64,000 nt of DNA, from positions 32,001 through 96,000 of IMG/VR virus record IMGVR_UViG_3300025676_000004; one strand, 5' to 3'. Source of the stretch: a virus (taxonomy: Duplodnaviria; Caudoviricetes). How positions within the stretch are numbered: the stretch's first letter is position 1; every line of letters starts with the position of its first letter. The translations under genes and the position numbers were made by a program. The notes below the pieces were generated by a model. It saw only the letters and a list, made by a program, of their open reading frames with translations, was not told where the DNA came from and did no database searches. Of this stretch, positions 61,936 to 64,000 are shown in pieces.

Positions 61936-62243
61936 TTATTAGAAACATAAAACTACGAAGTGGTGAAGAAATTCTTTGCGAAGTTGAAGAAAAAGAAAAT
62001 TCATATAATATGAAAAATCCTTGTGTTCTTGTCCCATCGGGACAAACAGGGATTGCAATGGCGCCTTGGATGCCATTTACAGACTTCAAAAACGAAGGTA
62101 TTGAAATTCCCAAAGATGCAGTATTGGTGGTTGTGAAAGTTATTGATGAAATTGAAACTCAATATGAATCACAATTTGGAAGTGGTCTAATTAAACCCAA
62201 TTCCAAAATCGTAACACCTAACGATTTAAAATTGACAACATAA
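61932..62243 (+). CDS. Sm-like hypothetical protein
   Basis: [11 protein letters not shown]...NPCVL...APWMP. Confidence 0.65.
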   Translation: MIIRNIKLRSGEEILCEVEEKENSYNMKNPCVLVPSGQTGIAMAPWMPFTDFKNEGIEIPKDAVLVVVKVIDEIETQYESQFGSGLIKPNSKIVTPNDLKLTT

Positions 62244-62257
62244 ATGAGGAGTGTGAT

Positions 62258-63325
62258 ATGAGAAATTCATTCTTAAATAGTATAATTAAGGAAACAGGAA
62301 ATAAATATGCAACGATTGCGGCAGATGGTATTGATGGGTCTGATGTTAATAGTTGGACTGATACTGGATGTTATGCTCTTAATGCCTTGGTTAGTGGTTC
62401 TTTGTTTGGGGGTATACCTTCTAATAAAATCACTGCATTAGCAGGCGAATCAGCAACAGGTAAGACTTACTTTGCGTTAGGTATTTGTAATAAGTTTTTG
62501 CGTGACAATCCCGATGGAAATATTGTGTATTTTGATACAGAGTCGGCAGTTACATCAGAGATGATTTCAGATAGAGGAATCAACCCAGAACAAGTTGGCA
62601 TTTTTCCTGTAACAACAGTTGAAGAATTCCGACATCAAGCAATTAAGATTGTTGATTCATATAATACATTAACAAAAGACCAAAGGAAACCAATTATGAT
62701 TGTATTGGATTCCCTTGGTATGCTTTCTACTGAAAAGGAAATGGCAGATACTGCGGATGGAAAGACAACAAGGGATATGACCCGTGCCCAAATTGTGAAA
62801 GCAACATTCCGTGTGCTTACACTTAAACTTGGTCAAGCAGGAATTCCGTTGATTCTTACCAACCACACTTATGCAGTAATTGGTTCTATGTTCCCCACAA
62901 AAGAAATGAGTGGGGGTTCTGGTTTGAAGTACGCCGCTTCGACAATCATCTATCTTTCAAAGAGGAAGGTAAAAGAAGGCACGGATATTATTGGCAATAT
63001 CATCCATTGTAAACTTTACAAATCACGATTAACTAAAGAAAATGCTTTGGTGGATGTGATGTTAGATTACAAAAAAGGATTGAATCCTTACTATGGTCTT
63101 GTAGACATTGCATTGAAGTATGAAATTTTCAATAAAGTATCAACACGCATTGAAATGCCAGACGGAACAAAGGTTTACGAGAAGGTAATCTATAAGACAC
63201 CCGAAAAGTATTTTACTGATGATATAATGGCACAACTTGAAATTGCTGTTGCTTCCGAATTTAAATATGGCAGTGATGCGGTAGAGGAAGAAGTAGAGAT
63301 TGAAGTTGAGTCAACCGATGCTTAA
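62258..63325 (+). CDS. uvsX: RecA-like recombinase UvsX
   Basis: [36 protein letters not shown]. Confidence 0.96.
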   Translation: MRNSFLNSIIKETGNKYATIAADGIDGSDVNSWTDTGCYALNALVSGSLFGGIPSNKITALAGESATGKTYFALGICNKFLRDNPDGNIVYFDTESAVTSEMISDRGINPEQVGIFPVTTVEEFRHQAIKIVDSYNTLTKDQRKPIMIVLDSLGMLSTEKEMADTADGKTTRDMTRAQIVKATFRVLTLKLGQAGIPLILTNHTYAVIGSMFPTKEMSGGSGLKYAASTIIYLSKRKVKEGTDIIGNIIHCKLYKSRLTKENALVDVMLDYKKGLNPYYGLVDIALKYEIFNKVSTRIEMPDGTKVYEKVIYKTPEKYFTDDIMAQLEIAVASEFKYGSDAVEEEVEIEVESTDA

Positions 63326-63632
63326 TTATACCTATGTTCCGCACGAACTAGCAGAAGAAAATCAAGCAATAAAGATTCTAAAAGGTAAATATAAAAATAT
63401 AGTATTTACATTTGGTCGTGTTAGTTTTTATGAAGTTGATGACTCCCCACATATAAAATTTGATTATACTGTATTGGAAGGAAATGACCCCGATAACGAA
63501 GATTTTAATAATATTCTTGGGGATGTTGTAGTGGACATTCTCGAAAGAGAATTCAAAGAAAACGCAAATGGAGTTTTGGTAGATAATGCAGACTATAGAG
63601 AAAATAATACTACACAGTCTTCTGAAGAATGA
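63318..63632 (+). CDS. hypothetical protein at the gp40 position
   Basis: Between uvsX and gp41; [18 protein letters not shown]. Confidence 0.55.
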   Translation: MLNYTYVPHELAEENQAIKILKGKYKNIVFTFGRVSFYEVDDSPHIKFDYTVLEGNDPDNEDFNNILGDVVVDILEREFKENANGVLVDNADYRENNTTQSSEE

Positions 63633-64000
63633 AGAGTTTACAAGAAAGGTTGTACCTTTTCTTAAAGAAGAGTATTTTATGGATAAGATTGAACGACTTG
63701 TTTATGTGTCCGCCTCTTCATTCATTACTAAGTACAATTCATTACCAACAAAAGAATCACTTAGCATTAATTTGGGTTCAAACACAACGGTAACGGAAGA
63801 TGAATTTAAAGAGGCAAATGAACTTATAGAATTAATTGACAGTGGTTCTACAGATTGTAACGCAGAATGGTTGTTGGAACAGACTGAAAAGTTCTGTAAA
63901 GACAAAGCAGTATACAATGCTATTATGGAATCCATTCATATTATTGATGGTAAATCTACAAGTGAAAAGACTGAAAATGCCATACCAGAAATACTCACCG
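63586..64000 (+). CDS. gp41: replicative helicase gp41 (3' truncated)
   Basis: [31 protein letters not shown]...EKFCKDKAVYNAIMESI. Confidence 0.9.
   Translation, partial: MQTIEKIILHSLLKNEEFTRKVVPFLKEEYFMDKIERLVYVSASSFITKYNSLPTKESLSINLGSNTTVTEDEFKEANELIELIDSGSTDCNAEWLLEQTEKFCKDKAVYNAIMESIHIIDGKSTSEKTENAIPEILT

Noticed and set aside
1-64000. CRISPR arrays, tRNAs, introns, inteins, homing endonucleases, diversity-generating retroelement
   Set aside because: Intergenic gaps are short; no repeat-spacer pattern, cloverleaf or reverse transcriptase was seen; gp17, gp20, gp23 and gp43 have normal uninterrupted lengths

Overview
This window is a 64 kb segment of a T4-like myovirus genome (AT-rich, with a marine cyanophage/pelagiphage-type layout; host not identifiable from the sequence). 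All credible genes are on the + strand. Gene order: baseplate gp6-7-8, a VrlC/DUF4815-like giant structural protein, three fibre/spike genes, neck-tail-head genes gp13-gp23, gp3, uvsY, dCMP deaminase, uvsW, gp55, gp47/46, a DNA amino-methyltransferase, a type II glutamine synthetase, rnh, gp45-44-(GroES)-62, regA, a ~10.6 kb accessory block, gp43, uvsX and the start of gp41. The accessory block holds 11 glycan-building/decorating enzymes, a small structural-type gene, a PvuII-fold nuclease, dUTPase and an i-type lysozyme. Two candidate systems stand out. (1) A putative virion O-glycosylation system: the glycan cluster ends in a GT2-TPR enzyme, sits behind late-promoter motifs, and coincides with strong enrichment of G-x-[S/T]-[G/A] motifs in virion proteins. 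(2) An orphan PvuII-fold nuclease in a window where I found no AGCT, the core of the PvuII site; GATC and GCWGC are also strongly depleted. All protein calls rest on motif recognition and synteny. No database searches were run and all motif counts are by eye.
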